DNA of 19,194 nucleotides, from the NCBI GenBank assembly GCA_050125095.1, contig JASFEA010000054.1, positions 1 to 19,194 on the forward strand, given 5' to 3'. The notes below the pieces were generated by a model. It saw only the letters and a program-made list of their open reading frames with translations. It made no database searches and was not told the DNA's origin. The number at the start of each line of letters is the position of its first letter. Within the stretch, counting starts at the first letter, position 1. Source of the DNA: a bacterium (GTDB taxonomy: Bacteria; Arandabacterota; Arandabacteria; Arandabacterales; JALGWA01). Below, one piece after another: positions 8,330 through 16,433 of this stretch. The translations under genes and the position numbers were made by a program.

Positions 8330-9400
8330 ATGAGAAGGATTGCTGTAGTCAATCAGAAGGGCGGCTGCGGAAAGACGACAACGGCCGTGAGCCTGGCTCT
8401 CTGCCTTCAGGATATGAGCAACAGGGTTTTGCTTGTTGACATGGACCCCCAGGGGAGCAGCACCCAGTCACTGCATCCGGAAACGGACTCGCTTGAACAC
8501 ACGGTGTACGATCTCTTGATGGACTCCAACCAGCTGCCGGTGTCGAACGTCACGGTTAAGGCCGCCAGGAACCTCGACCTCCTCCCCGCCAGTGTCGTCC
8601 TCAGCACCGTCGAACAGAGACTCGCCGGCCGCGACGGCAGGGAACAGAAACTGAGGAGGGTAATCGACCGCGTATCTGGAGAATACGACTTCGTAATAAT
8701 CGACTCGCCTCCCAATATCGGCCTCCTGACTTTCAACGCGCTGCTGGCGGCCAAGGAGATCATCATCCCCGTGGACCCGTCCCTATTCTCGCTGCAGGGA
8801 GTGGGCCGCGTTATCGACGCGCTGGAGATTGTCCGCAACGTCAGCGGCCACACCGCCGACTTCCGCGTGCTGGCGACCATGTACGATTCGAGGACGAGAA
8901 TCAGCCGCGAGATCCTCTCGACCCTGAAGCGGCGGTTCGGGGACTCGTGTTTCCGCACCGTGATAAGAAGCAACGTCACCCTCAAGGAAGCGACGGGCTT
9001 CGGAGTGCCCATAACGCATTACCGCGGCTCGCGCGGATTCTATGATTACCGATCGGTGGCCAATGAGCTCCTGGGAAATGAACCGACCCAGAAGGACATC
9101 GAGGTGCAGGCGACGATAGACTTCCTGGCCCCACGGCGTATCGGAGGAGGCGTGCTCTTCTCCTACCTCGGCAGCGAGGCCGACGTCATCGCGGTGGAGG
9201 GAAGTTTCAATTCCTGGGACGCGTCGTCGGACATTCTCCTGGACGTGGACGGCCGCGGCCTGTGGCAGAGAGTCATTCCGCTGAGGCCCGGATCCTACAC
9301 CTATCGTCTCGTAGTCGACGGCAATCCGATCGTGGATCCCAACAATCCCGAGACACAACACGTTGAGGACAAGGGCCAGGTGTCGGTAATCAATCTCTGA
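8330..9400 (+). CDS. ParA/Soj-family ATPase fused to a C-terminal AMPK-beta/CBM48-like glycogen-binding domain
   Basis: Deviant Walker A NQKGGCGKTT, DMDPQGS, YDFVIIDSPP and TVIRSNVTLKEA; from about residue 275, VLFSY..ADVIAVEGSFNSW..GLWQRVIPLRPGSYTYRLVVDG..DPNNP matches the AMPK-beta-type CBM pattern. Confidence 0.9.
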   Translation: MRRIAVVNQKGGCGKTTTAVSLALCLQDMSNRVLLVDMDPQGSSTQSLHPETDSLEHTVYDLLMDSNQLPVSNVTVKAARNLDLLPASVVLSTVEQRLAGRDGREQKLRRVIDRVSGEYDFVIIDSPPNIGLLTFNALLAAKEIIIPVDPSLFSLQGVGRVIDALEIVRNVSGHTADFRVLATMYDSRTRISREILSTLKRRFGDSCFRTVIRSNVTLKEATGFGVPITHYRGSRGFYDYRSVANELLGNEPTQKDIEVQATIDFLAPRRIGGGVLFSYLGSEADVIAVEGSFNSWDASSDILLDVDGRGLWQRVIPLRPGSYTYRLVVDGNPIVDPNNPETQHVEDKGQVSVINL

Positions 9401-9443
9401 ACAGAGGGAGCCGCGTCAGGGGAACCGGCCCGCTGGAATCGGC

Positions 9444-10790
9444 TCAGTGGAGCTTGTAAATGCTCCCCCCTATGAATTCCCTGAGAAGAGAGTCATCGGG
9501 AATCACCGATTCGTCTTCGAATACCTCTATCTCGGAGAGAAGCCTGTAGATGCGTTCGGCCCTGATGAAGGCGTCCCGGCGCTTCCGCTCACCCCTCCAC
9601 TGGTCCATGACCTTGGGGAAGTATTCAAACTCATACTTCTTAAGTACGGGCAGCTCGTAGGGAAGCGCGCCGTTCAGTATGTAGTCCGCGTTCCTGATAA
9701 AAGGGATGATATGTTTCAGTTCGCTTCGCCTAACATAATGCCAGTGGCCCACGGTCTGCATGGGATCGTAGGCGCGCTGCGAGTGGTCCCGCACCATGCG
9801 CCTTAAGAGCCTCACGTCCGTCCATCTCACGAAGTTCCTCTCGCTGTCTCTGAGCATGGAGATGGTCTCGATGTAGACCTTGAACTTGAGGTCGTCATCC
9901 ACACTCGCCGTCAGGGGCGGGTGGAGGCCGTGGAGGGTGTCTATGAGGATTACCTTATCGGGATGGAACTTGACCTTACGGGTCTCTTTCGACCTCGTCC
10001 CGGTCTTGAAGTCGTACTGGGGCATATCCACCGTTTTCCCGTCGACCAGGTCGGCGAGGTGGTCGTTTATGAGCTGAAGGTCTAGGGCCTCAGGGGTCTC
10101 GAAGTCATAGTCCCCGTACTCGTCTTTAGGATGCAGCTCCAGGTTGAAGAAGTAGTGGTCCAGGTTAAGCGGTTCGGTGTCGATTCCGAGCTCCCTGAGG
10201 CGGGCCGCGAGTTTGGCCGTGGTGGTGGTCTTCCCTGACGATGACGGCCCGGCGACGATGATTATGCGGATCTGGGCCTTGAATCGGGCCACGGATTCGG
10301 CTGCCATCGCAATACTCTCCGTGTACCTCGCGTCCGAGTCACGTATGAGCTCCGGATAGGTTCCGTCCTTCACCCTCCTGTTGAGCTTCTCGGTGGTCTC
10401 GCAGTCATGGTCGATGTTCCAAAGGAACTGCTCGTACATAAGCTGGAAGGGAAGGGGCCTCTGGTGCCTCTTCGTCGCCCCCTTGCGTTCGCGCTCACGC
10501 CTGCGGGACTCGCGGTACAGTATATAGGCCTTCGCGGTCTTGGCGTGGCCGTTCTCTATCAGGACCTTCTCCACAATATCCTGGACTTCCTCAACTGTGG
10601 GCACATCCGGCGGCTCGAATGAGTGGCTGATGATTTCCACGGCTTCGTCGGAGAGCTTTTCGCTGAGCGCGCGGTCATGGCCTCCTACGGCCGCAGCTGC
10701 TTTGTAGATGGCTATCGTGACCTTCTCCTGGTCGAAGTCGACTATCGTCCCGTCGCGCTTCATCACCTTTTCGATTCTGTGTTCGACCAA
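9444..10790 (-). CDS. ATP-cone domain fused to a uridine kinase/PRK-family P-loop kinase
   Basis: N-terminal VMKRDGTIVDFDQEKV...TVEEVQDIVEKVLIENGHAKTAKAYILYR is an ATP-cone; AGPSSSGKTTT Walker A, LDHYF, DFETPEALD, PQYDFKTGTR and RLLRRMVRD match the uridine-kinase-like family. Start moved to TTG 10790, which has a GAGGTG RBS and avoids overlap with the upstream gene. Confidence 0.87.
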   Translation of the reverse strand: MVEHRIEKVMKRDGTIVDFDQEKVTIAIYKAAAAVGGHDRALSEKLSDEAVEIISHSFEPPDVPTVEEVQDIVEKVLIENGHAKTAKAYILYRESRRRERERKGATKRHQRPLPFQLMYEQFLWNIDHDCETTEKLNRRVKDGTYPELIRDSDARYTESIAMAAESVARFKAQIRIIIVAGPSSSGKTTTTAKLAARLRELGIDTEPLNLDHYFFNLELHPKDEYGDYDFETPEALDLQLINDHLADLVDGKTVDMPQYDFKTGTRSKETRKVKFHPDKVILIDTLHGLHPPLTASVDDDLKFKVYIETISMLRDSERNFVRWTDVRLLRRMVRDHSQRAYDPMQTVGHWHYVRRSELKHIIPFIRNADYILNGALPYELPVLKKYEFEYFPKVMDQWRGERKRRDAFIRAERIYRLLSEIEVFEDESVIPDDSLLREFIGGSIYKLH

Positions 10791-10812
10791 CTGAATCACC
10801 TCATGTATCGGC

Positions 10813-12285
10813 TCAGGGGACGTAGGGCGTGCCCTCTTCAATCCTCGCTTCTATGAACTCCGCGTAATGCGCGTTCAGGTCACCTGATTCTATAATGGCC
10901 GCCGTCTCGTTGTTCTCCTCTACCGCGTGATACGTCCAGTTCGTTGAACCGACGACGGCATAATCGTCGTCCACGATCATGAGCTTGGCGTGGACCGTCG
11001 TCTCCGGGGAGTCCACATAGACCCGGGCGCCGGCTTCACCCAGTCTCTCCAGGAGACGGTCCTCGCCCCGGGAAGGCGTACCGCTACCGCCGACGTCCAC
11101 CACCACCCTGACTTCCACCCCCCGCCGCGCCGCCGCCTCGAGCTTCTCGACAATCAGGTTGGTATAGCTCGCGACTTCGCCCTCTGCCCTCTCCCTTCTT
11201 GCCGTGCTCGGAGTCGACGTGTAATAGACCGCGTTGAGCATGGCCACCCATATTCTCTCCTCGGCCGACTCTATCAGGCGGTTGACTTCGCCCACGTAAT
11301 ATTCATTGGGAACGGGCAGAACCCGCTCGGCCTCATACCATGACAAATCCGGCTTCTCGCCGGTCATGGTCTTGACATAAGCCCTCTCCTCATCCAGCTT
11401 CTTCAGCATCGCCCCTGGCGTGTCGGTTCTCTCGATGTCGATTGCAGCGAGCTCGACGACGCCGTTTCGGCGGACCCTGGTCAATACCCTAAGGGTCTCA
11501 TCTGGGGCCTCTTCAAAGAATTCAGGGTACAGGGCAAGGACTCGCTCGAGATCGCTGTCCGAGACCGTAACCGTGGCGCCGTCGAATTCGATGAAGCCCA
11601 CCACGAGATCCTCGTCATAACTCACGTGCCTCGGCAGGTCTCTTATGAGCACATACCGGTCCTCGCTCTCCATCGCCTCGCGCGCGGATACCTGCTCGAC
11701 CGGGTCATGGTACTCCTCGCTGCTCTCCCTGATGACGCCCTCGAAAAACTCGCCGAACCGTTCCGCGACTTCCTTTGAGTTGATCACGACATTGGCCTCA
11801 TGGTTCTGGTCGAGCGAGTAATAACTCCAGTTGGAAGACCCGACGACGGCGTACCGCCCGTCGATTATGATGAGCTTGGAGTGGCTCGTCTTATCTGCGG
11901 GGTCGTAATAGACCTCCACGCCGCTGTCCCTGAGAACGGTCCAGACGTCCCGGTTGGCCTCGCTGTTCTCGACGTTCCAGGCGGCGAGCTCAAGCACCGC
12001 CCTCACCCTGACGCCCCGCTCGCTCGCGTCCGCCAGGTCGGCGATGAGGACATTGCTCTTGCTGTTAGGGTAGTTTATGTAGAAGCGGCTCTGGTAGAGC
12101 ACTACGTCCACGCTCTCTTCGGCATTGCTTAGGAGTTCATGCACGACGGTGAAGAAACTCCGGTCATCGGCGGCGAGCACGGCCGCACGCATGACTGGCG
12201 GCCCGGTGATCCGCAGAAACACCACTGCCGCCACCACGATAGCCGCCACTACGACGAAACCCGCTATGATACCCCTTTTGTCCAT
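10813..12285 (-). CDS. Membrane-anchored phospholipase D-superfamily protein with two Nuc-like HKD domains
   Basis: N-terminal TM/signal segment; HSKLIIIDGRYAVVGSSN and HAKLMIVDDDYAVVGSTN motifs, each followed by an NxE motif (NHEAN, NNETA); AGGAG RBS. Confidence 0.9.
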   Translation of the reverse strand: MDKRGIIAGFVVVAAIVVAAVVFLRITGPPVMRAAVLAADDRSFFTVVHELLSNAEESVDVVLYQSRFYINYPNSKSNVLIADLADASERGVRVRAVLELAAWNVENSEANRDVWTVLRDSGVEVYYDPADKTSHSKLIIIDGRYAVVGSSNWSYYSLDQNHEANVVINSKEVAERFGEFFEGVIRESSEEYHDPVEQVSAREAMESEDRYVLIRDLPRHVSYDEDLVVGFIEFDGATVTVSDSDLERVLALYPEFFEEAPDETLRVLTRVRRNGVVELAAIDIERTDTPGAMLKKLDEERAYVKTMTGEKPDLSWYEAERVLPVPNEYYVGEVNRLIESAEERIWVAMLNAVYYTSTPSTARRERAEGEVASYTNLIVEKLEAAARRGVEVRVVVDVGGSGTPSRGEDRLLERLGEAGARVYVDSPETTVHAKLMIVDDDYAVVGSTNWTYHAVEENNETAAIIESGDLNAHYAEFIEARIEEGTPYVP

Positions 12286-12310
12286 ACCCGCTTCTCCTCT
12301 TACATTGCAG

Positions 12311-12339
12311 TTGATACCCGGGTTCCAATCCTATATTAT
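12311..12339 (+). promoter_or_regulatory. Candidate sigma70 promoter of the metal ABC operon
   Basis: TTGATA (12311-12316), 17-bp spacer, TATTAT (12334-12339). Confidence 0.55.
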
Positions 12340-12380
12340 TGCCTCGGAAGCTACAAGACGTTAATCCTTCGGATAAAGAC

Positions 12381-13271
12381 ATGAAGCTGTCCATTCTGCT
12401 TATCGCGGTCTCGCTGGTCCTAGCCGCCCTCTCCATGCCGCCGGGGGCGGGGGAAGGCAACGCCGCCGAGCCGGGGCACCTCAGGATCGCGACCAGCATC
12501 TACCCCATAACAATGCTGGTTGAGGAGATCGGAGGGGACAGGGTGGACGTGACCACCGTGGTGCCGCCCGGGGCGGACCCCCACCATTTCGAGCTCACCC
12601 CGTCCAGCGCCAGAGCCATACATGAAGCCGATGCGGTCCTGATGATAGGCGGGGATTTCGACACGTGGATGATGGGAGACGGTCATCGGGCGAATAAGGT
12701 ATGCGGGACGTTTAACCAGGTCTTCGCCGACTCGCTCATCGAGCTGGGAAGCACCTTCAATCCCCATTTCTGGCTGGATCCCCTATTCGCATGCAAGATG
12801 GGCGAATACATATGCATCACCATGGTCACGATCGACCCCCGGAACGCATCATATTATGAGAAGCGCCTGGCGGAATTCCGCGCGCGCATGGACTCGCTTC
12901 ACGCCGGGATCAGGGCGAGAATCGCAGAGAGCGGGCTTGCGGGCTTTGTCTCATTCCACCCCGCCTGGACTTATTTCGCGAGGCGCTACGGCCTTCTCGA
13001 GGCGGGAGTCGTGGAGAAGTTCCCCGAATACGAACCGTCGGCCAGGTGGGTGGCGGACCTCATTCGCAGGATAGAAAGCGAACACGTCCCCATCATGATC
13101 GTGGAGGAAACCTCGGACCCGGGGATTGTCGAGGGGATCGTCAATGACACGGACATTGAAGTGGTCGTCCTGGATCCCGTCGGGGACCCGGCCGTCCCGG
13201 GTCGCGATACCTACTCCGGGCTCATGAACCACAACGTCAGCCTGTTAGAGCGAGCGGCGAGGAGGGACTGA
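12381..13271 (+). CDS. znuA: Zn/Mn ABC transporter substrate-binding protein (cluster A-I)
   Basis: Signal peptide from ATG 12381 (MKLSILLIAV); PPGADPHHFELTP, NPHFWLDP and SFHPAWTYFARRYGL His ligands; LDP motif. Metal specificity is not established. Confidence 0.88.
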   Translation: MKLSILLIAVSLVLAALSMPPGAGEGNAAEPGHLRIATSIYPITMLVEEIGGDRVDVTTVVPPGADPHHFELTPSSARAIHEADAVLMIGGDFDTWMMGDGHRANKVCGTFNQVFADSLIELGSTFNPHFWLDPLFACKMGEYICITMVTIDPRNASYYEKRLAEFRARMDSLHAGIRARIAESGLAGFVSFHPAWTYFARRYGLLEAGVVEKFPEYEPSARWVADLIRRIESEHVPIMIVEETSDPGIVEGIVNDTDIEVVVLDPVGDPAVPGRDTYSGLMNHNVSLLERAARRD

Positions 13272-13277
13272 GGCGAC

Positions 13278-14096
13278 ATGACCGATATGGTGAAGCCCGC
13301 TGAGACGGAAGATCCCATAGTCCGGGTTTCCCATGTCTGGGTGTATATGGGAGAAGCCCTGGCGCTCAAGGACGTATCTCTCGTCATAGAGAGAGGCAAG
13401 TTCATAGGCCTGATGGGGCCCAACGGCGGTGGCAAGACCACGCTCATAAAGACGATTGTCGGTCTCATAAAGCCCGACCGAGGCGAGGTCGTAGTCAGGT
13501 GCCCGGCCGGAAAGGCAATCGGTTACGTGCCGCAGGAGGAATACATCGACCCGGACTTCCCCGTAACGGCGGCCGACGTGGTTGAAATGGGGCTCTACGG
13601 TTCAATGGGAGCCTTCCCCAGAACGACAGGCGAACACCGGGCCCGCATATTCGAGGCGCTGGACATGGTGGGCATGAAGAAGCACGCCGCAAGAAGCATC
13701 GGCTCTCTCTCGGGCGGCGAGAAGCAGCGCGTATCCATTGCTCGGGCCATCGTGGGCAGACCCAGCCTGCTGCTTCTGGACGAGCCGACCACGGGCGTCG
13801 ACGCGGATGCGCGGGACGCCTTCTTCCAAATACTGCGGGACCTTCGTGGGGGCCTGGCGCTCACTATAGTGCTGGCTTCGCATGATATCGAGGTTGTGCC
13901 CGCGCAGGTCGATGAGGTGGTCTGCATCAACCAGAGGGTCTTCGTGCACGCGGCGCCTGAGGAGATAGAGGACGTCGCGGATTTCAGAAGCGCTTACGGC
14001 TGCGAGTTCGAGTTCCTTGCCCATGGCAAGATCCCCCACCGGATCATCGGGCACCACAGGGTGGACGAGGCCGGAGAAGGCGGTGACGATGCTTGA
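13278..14096 (+). CDS. znuC: Zn/Mn ABC transporter ATP-binding protein
   Basis: GPNGGGKTT, IGYVPQ, LSGGEKQR, LLLLDEPTTGVD, ASHD; C-terminal YGCEFEFLAHGKIPHRIIGHH. Confidence 0.92.
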   Translation: MTDMVKPAETEDPIVRVSHVWVYMGEALALKDVSLVIERGKFIGLMGPNGGGKTTLIKTIVGLIKPDRGEVVVRCPAGKAIGYVPQEEYIDPDFPVTAADVVEMGLYGSMGAFPRTTGEHRARIFEALDMVGMKKHAARSIGSLSGGEKQRVSIARAIVGRPSLLLLDEPTTGVDADARDAFFQILRDLRGGLALTIVLASHDIEVVPAQVDEVVCINQRVFVHAAPEEIEDVADFRSAYGCEFEFLAHGKIPHRIIGHHRVDEAGEGGDDA

Positions 14097-14916
14097 GGAC
14101 ATGCTGAGTCTCCCGTTCTTCCAGAGGGCGCTGATCGGCGGCATACTGGTCACGGTAACCCTCTCTCTTCTCTCCTTCTTCGTGGTGCTCCGCAGAATAG
14201 CCTTCATGGGAGCGGGCATTTCGCATTCCGCCCTGGCCGGCGTTGCCATAGGCCTGGTGTTCGGAATGAACACCACCCTGACTGCGACCGTGTTCTGCGC
14301 GATCATAGCTTTACTCGTGGGCTATATCTCCCGAAGGGGCCGGGTCCGCGAGGACGTGGCCATAGGAATTACGTTCTCGGGCACGATGGCGCTCGGCGTA
14401 ACGCTCATCGCCGTTTCGGGGAAGTATATGTCGAACCTCTTCTCCTATCTCTTCGGCAGCATATTGACCATCACCACCGGGGACATAGTGCTCATGGCCT
14501 TCTATTGCCTCGCCACGGTCGCGCTTATCGCGCTCTTCTTCAAGCACCTGCTGCTCATCAGCTTCAATGAGAGCATAGCGCGCGTCTCCGGGCTGCCCGT
14601 CGACTTCCTGCACTACCTGCTGCTGGTGCTTATCGCCATGGTCATCGTGGCTTCCATCAAGCTCGTCGGGATCGTGCTGGTGTCTGCGCTGCTGGTGCTG
14701 CCGGCCGCCACGGCCCGGCAGATCAAGGGCGAATACCGGCCCATATTGCTCGTCTCGATCCTCGTGGGCCTGATTTCGCTGTTTACCGGATTAGCGCTTT
14801 CCTATACATTTGACCTGCCGTCCGGCGCCACCATAGTCCTATGCGCCTGCGCGCTCTTCTTTATCTGCTTTTCGCTGTCACCCATGCGCCGGCGGAAGCC
14901 CGTAAAAGGAGGTTAG
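14089..14916 (+). CDS. znuB: Zn/Mn ABC transporter permease
   Basis: FFQRALIGG, FVVLRRIAFMGAGISHSALAG, SYLFGSIL, VGIVLVSALLVLPAATA and DLPSGATIV; start taken at ATG 14089, overlapping the end of znuC. Confidence 0.92.
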   Translation: MLEDMLSLPFFQRALIGGILVTVTLSLLSFFVVLRRIAFMGAGISHSALAGVAIGLVFGMNTTLTATVFCAIIALLVGYISRRGRVREDVAIGITFSGTMALGVTLIAVSGKYMSNLFSYLFGSILTITTGDIVLMAFYCLATVALIALFFKHLLLISFNESIARVSGLPVDFLHYLLLVLIAMVIVASIKLVGIVLVSALLVLPAATARQIKGEYRPILLVSILVGLISLFTGLALSYTFDLPSGATIVLCACALFFICFSLSPMRRRKPVKGG

Positions 14917-14917
14917 C

Positions 14918-16345
14918 ATGCTGAGGAAGCTCCTGGTAATCGCTCTTCTCTCGGCGCTCGCATGTGGAGGAGGTCAGCAGAGGCCGGCCACGCAAAGCAC
15001 CTCAATCGGTACAACACGCGTGTCCAGCGGCGACATCGCTCAGGTTGTCTTCTACGCCAGGCTGATGCACGAAATCACACCGGGAATCCGATGGGAGCTG
15101 CGAAAGGTATCGCTCGAGACGGCCGGCGGGTCCCAGGTCGACCTGGCTACGGAGACCCGCATCATCGATACCGACCATCTGGCAGGAGCGCAGAGACTCC
15201 TCAGGGCCGCGGAGGTGCCGCCGGGAGACTATACCGGCATAACCTTCTTCACGGAGGCGGCGTACGTCAAACCCGACAATACGCCCATGGTCATCGAGAC
15301 CAGCATAATAACCGTGGACCACGCCTTCTCGCTGGCCGCCGGAAGCGCCAGGACGCTGATATTCGTATTGAGCCACCCGCCCGCAGGGGGCCGGGCCGAG
15401 CCGGTTTTCAGTCCCGTAATAGAAATAGAGGACGAGAACCAGAGTCCGACGTCGAAACTCCTATATGTCTCGAACGAGAATTCCGCGAACATCTCGGTTG
15501 TGGACAAGAGCATGAAGCGCGTCGTCTATAATGCATATCTGGGGGCACGGCCCACCGCGATCGGGGCCGACAACCGCAGGGGCCGGCTCTATATAGCAGA
15601 CGAGCGCACGGGCACCGTTTTCGAAATGGACATGAACAGCAATCACCTCAGCAACGTGGCGGAGCTGGACTTCGTCGACGAACCTGTGTTTGTACTTCCC
15701 ATACCGGAGAAAGACCTCATAGTAGTCGTCAACTACGGCACCGACACCGTCCACCTGCTGGACTCATTCAGCCTTCAGCCCGTCAGTACCGTAGAGGTGG
15801 GGCGCAGACCGACCAAGGCCATTTATTCGAATGTGTGGGAGCGCGCTTTTATAATAAACAGCCTGCATGGCACGCTGTCCGTGCTCAATCTGCAGTCCAC
15901 ACCGAGCGCGCCCGACACCACGCTGCAGGCGGAGCTCAGGCCCTCAGGCCTCGCCATAAACGAGGCCGACGACTGGCTCTATGTGTCAAATGAGGGTTCA
16001 ACCGACATCACGGTCATCAGGATGGAGACCCTTGCCATAGAAAGGTCGCTTACGGTCGGGACCGGCGTGACCGACATCGCCTTCGATCCCTTCGGCAGAC
16101 GGCTGTACGTAGCGTTCGGGTTTTCGCAAGAGGTCAAGTGCATAGACCCGTATAACGGCGTGGAGATATTCACAGTGAACGTAGGGAGCAGTCCCGCGCA
16201 GCTCATGTTCGATCCGGATCAAAAGAAGCTCTACGCGCTTCTCCCCGCCGTAAACGCGATCGCCCTCATAGACCCCAACTTGAGATCGCTGGAGACCATT
16301 ATAGAGACGGGCGAGAGCCCTTCCGGCATGGCCCTGCGCCTGTAA
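14918..16345 (+). CDS. Lipoprotein with N-terminal beta-rich domain and YVTN/YncE-like beta-propeller
   Basis: Lipobox LSALAC; repeated blades (LYVSNENSANISVVD, LYIADE, VVNYGTDTVHLLD, LYVSNEGSTDITVI, VGxxP turns); AAGGAGG RBS; starts 1 bp after the znuB stop. Confidence 0.85.
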   Translation: MLRKLLVIALLSALACGGGQQRPATQSTSIGTTRVSSGDIAQVVFYARLMHEITPGIRWELRKVSLETAGGSQVDLATETRIIDTDHLAGAQRLLRAAEVPPGDYTGITFFTEAAYVKPDNTPMVIETSIITVDHAFSLAAGSARTLIFVLSHPPAGGRAEPVFSPVIEIEDENQSPTSKLLYVSNENSANISVVDKSMKRVVYNAYLGARPTAIGADNRRGRLYIADERTGTVFEMDMNSNHLSNVAELDFVDEPVFVLPIPEKDLIVVVNYGTDTVHLLDSFSLQPVSTVEVGRRPTKAIYSNVWERAFIINSLHGTLSVLNLQSTPSAPDTTLQAELRPSGLAINEADDWLYVSNEGSTDITVIRMETLAIERSLTVGTGVTDIAFDPFGRRLYVAFGFSQEVKCIDPYNGVEIFTVNVGSSPAQLMFDPDQKKLYALLPAVNAIALIDPNLRSLETIIETGESPSGMALRL

Positions 16346-16350
16346 AAGGT

Positions 16351-16402
16351 GGGGTCAGGTCTTAAATTGCACATCAACCGGGGTCAGGTCTTAAATTGCA
16401 CA
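16351..16402. repeat. Two perfect 23-bp direct repeats GGGGTCAGGTCTTAAATTGCACA (REP-like)
   Basis: Copies at 16351-16373 and 16380-16402, separated by 6 bp (TCAACC), between convergent genes. Confidence 0.9.
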
Positions 16403-16433
16403 ATCGGGCGCGGGGACACCGCCGGGTACGCTC

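Noticed and set aside
9401-9443. Intrinsic terminators at convergent junctions (also 1253-1286)
   Set aside because: No strong hairpin with a U-tract on either strand.
10813-12285. PLD protein as an anti-phage defence nuclease (DISARM DrmC or restriction-like)
   Set aside because: It has an N-terminal membrane/export segment, and no helicase, methylase or other defence genes lie nearby.
12286-12380. Zur/Fur-type operator upstream of znuA
   Set aside because: No convincing AT-rich palindrome found.
16351-16402. Possible mini CRISPR array
   Set aside because: Only two repeats, a 6-bp spacer, and no cas genes in the window.
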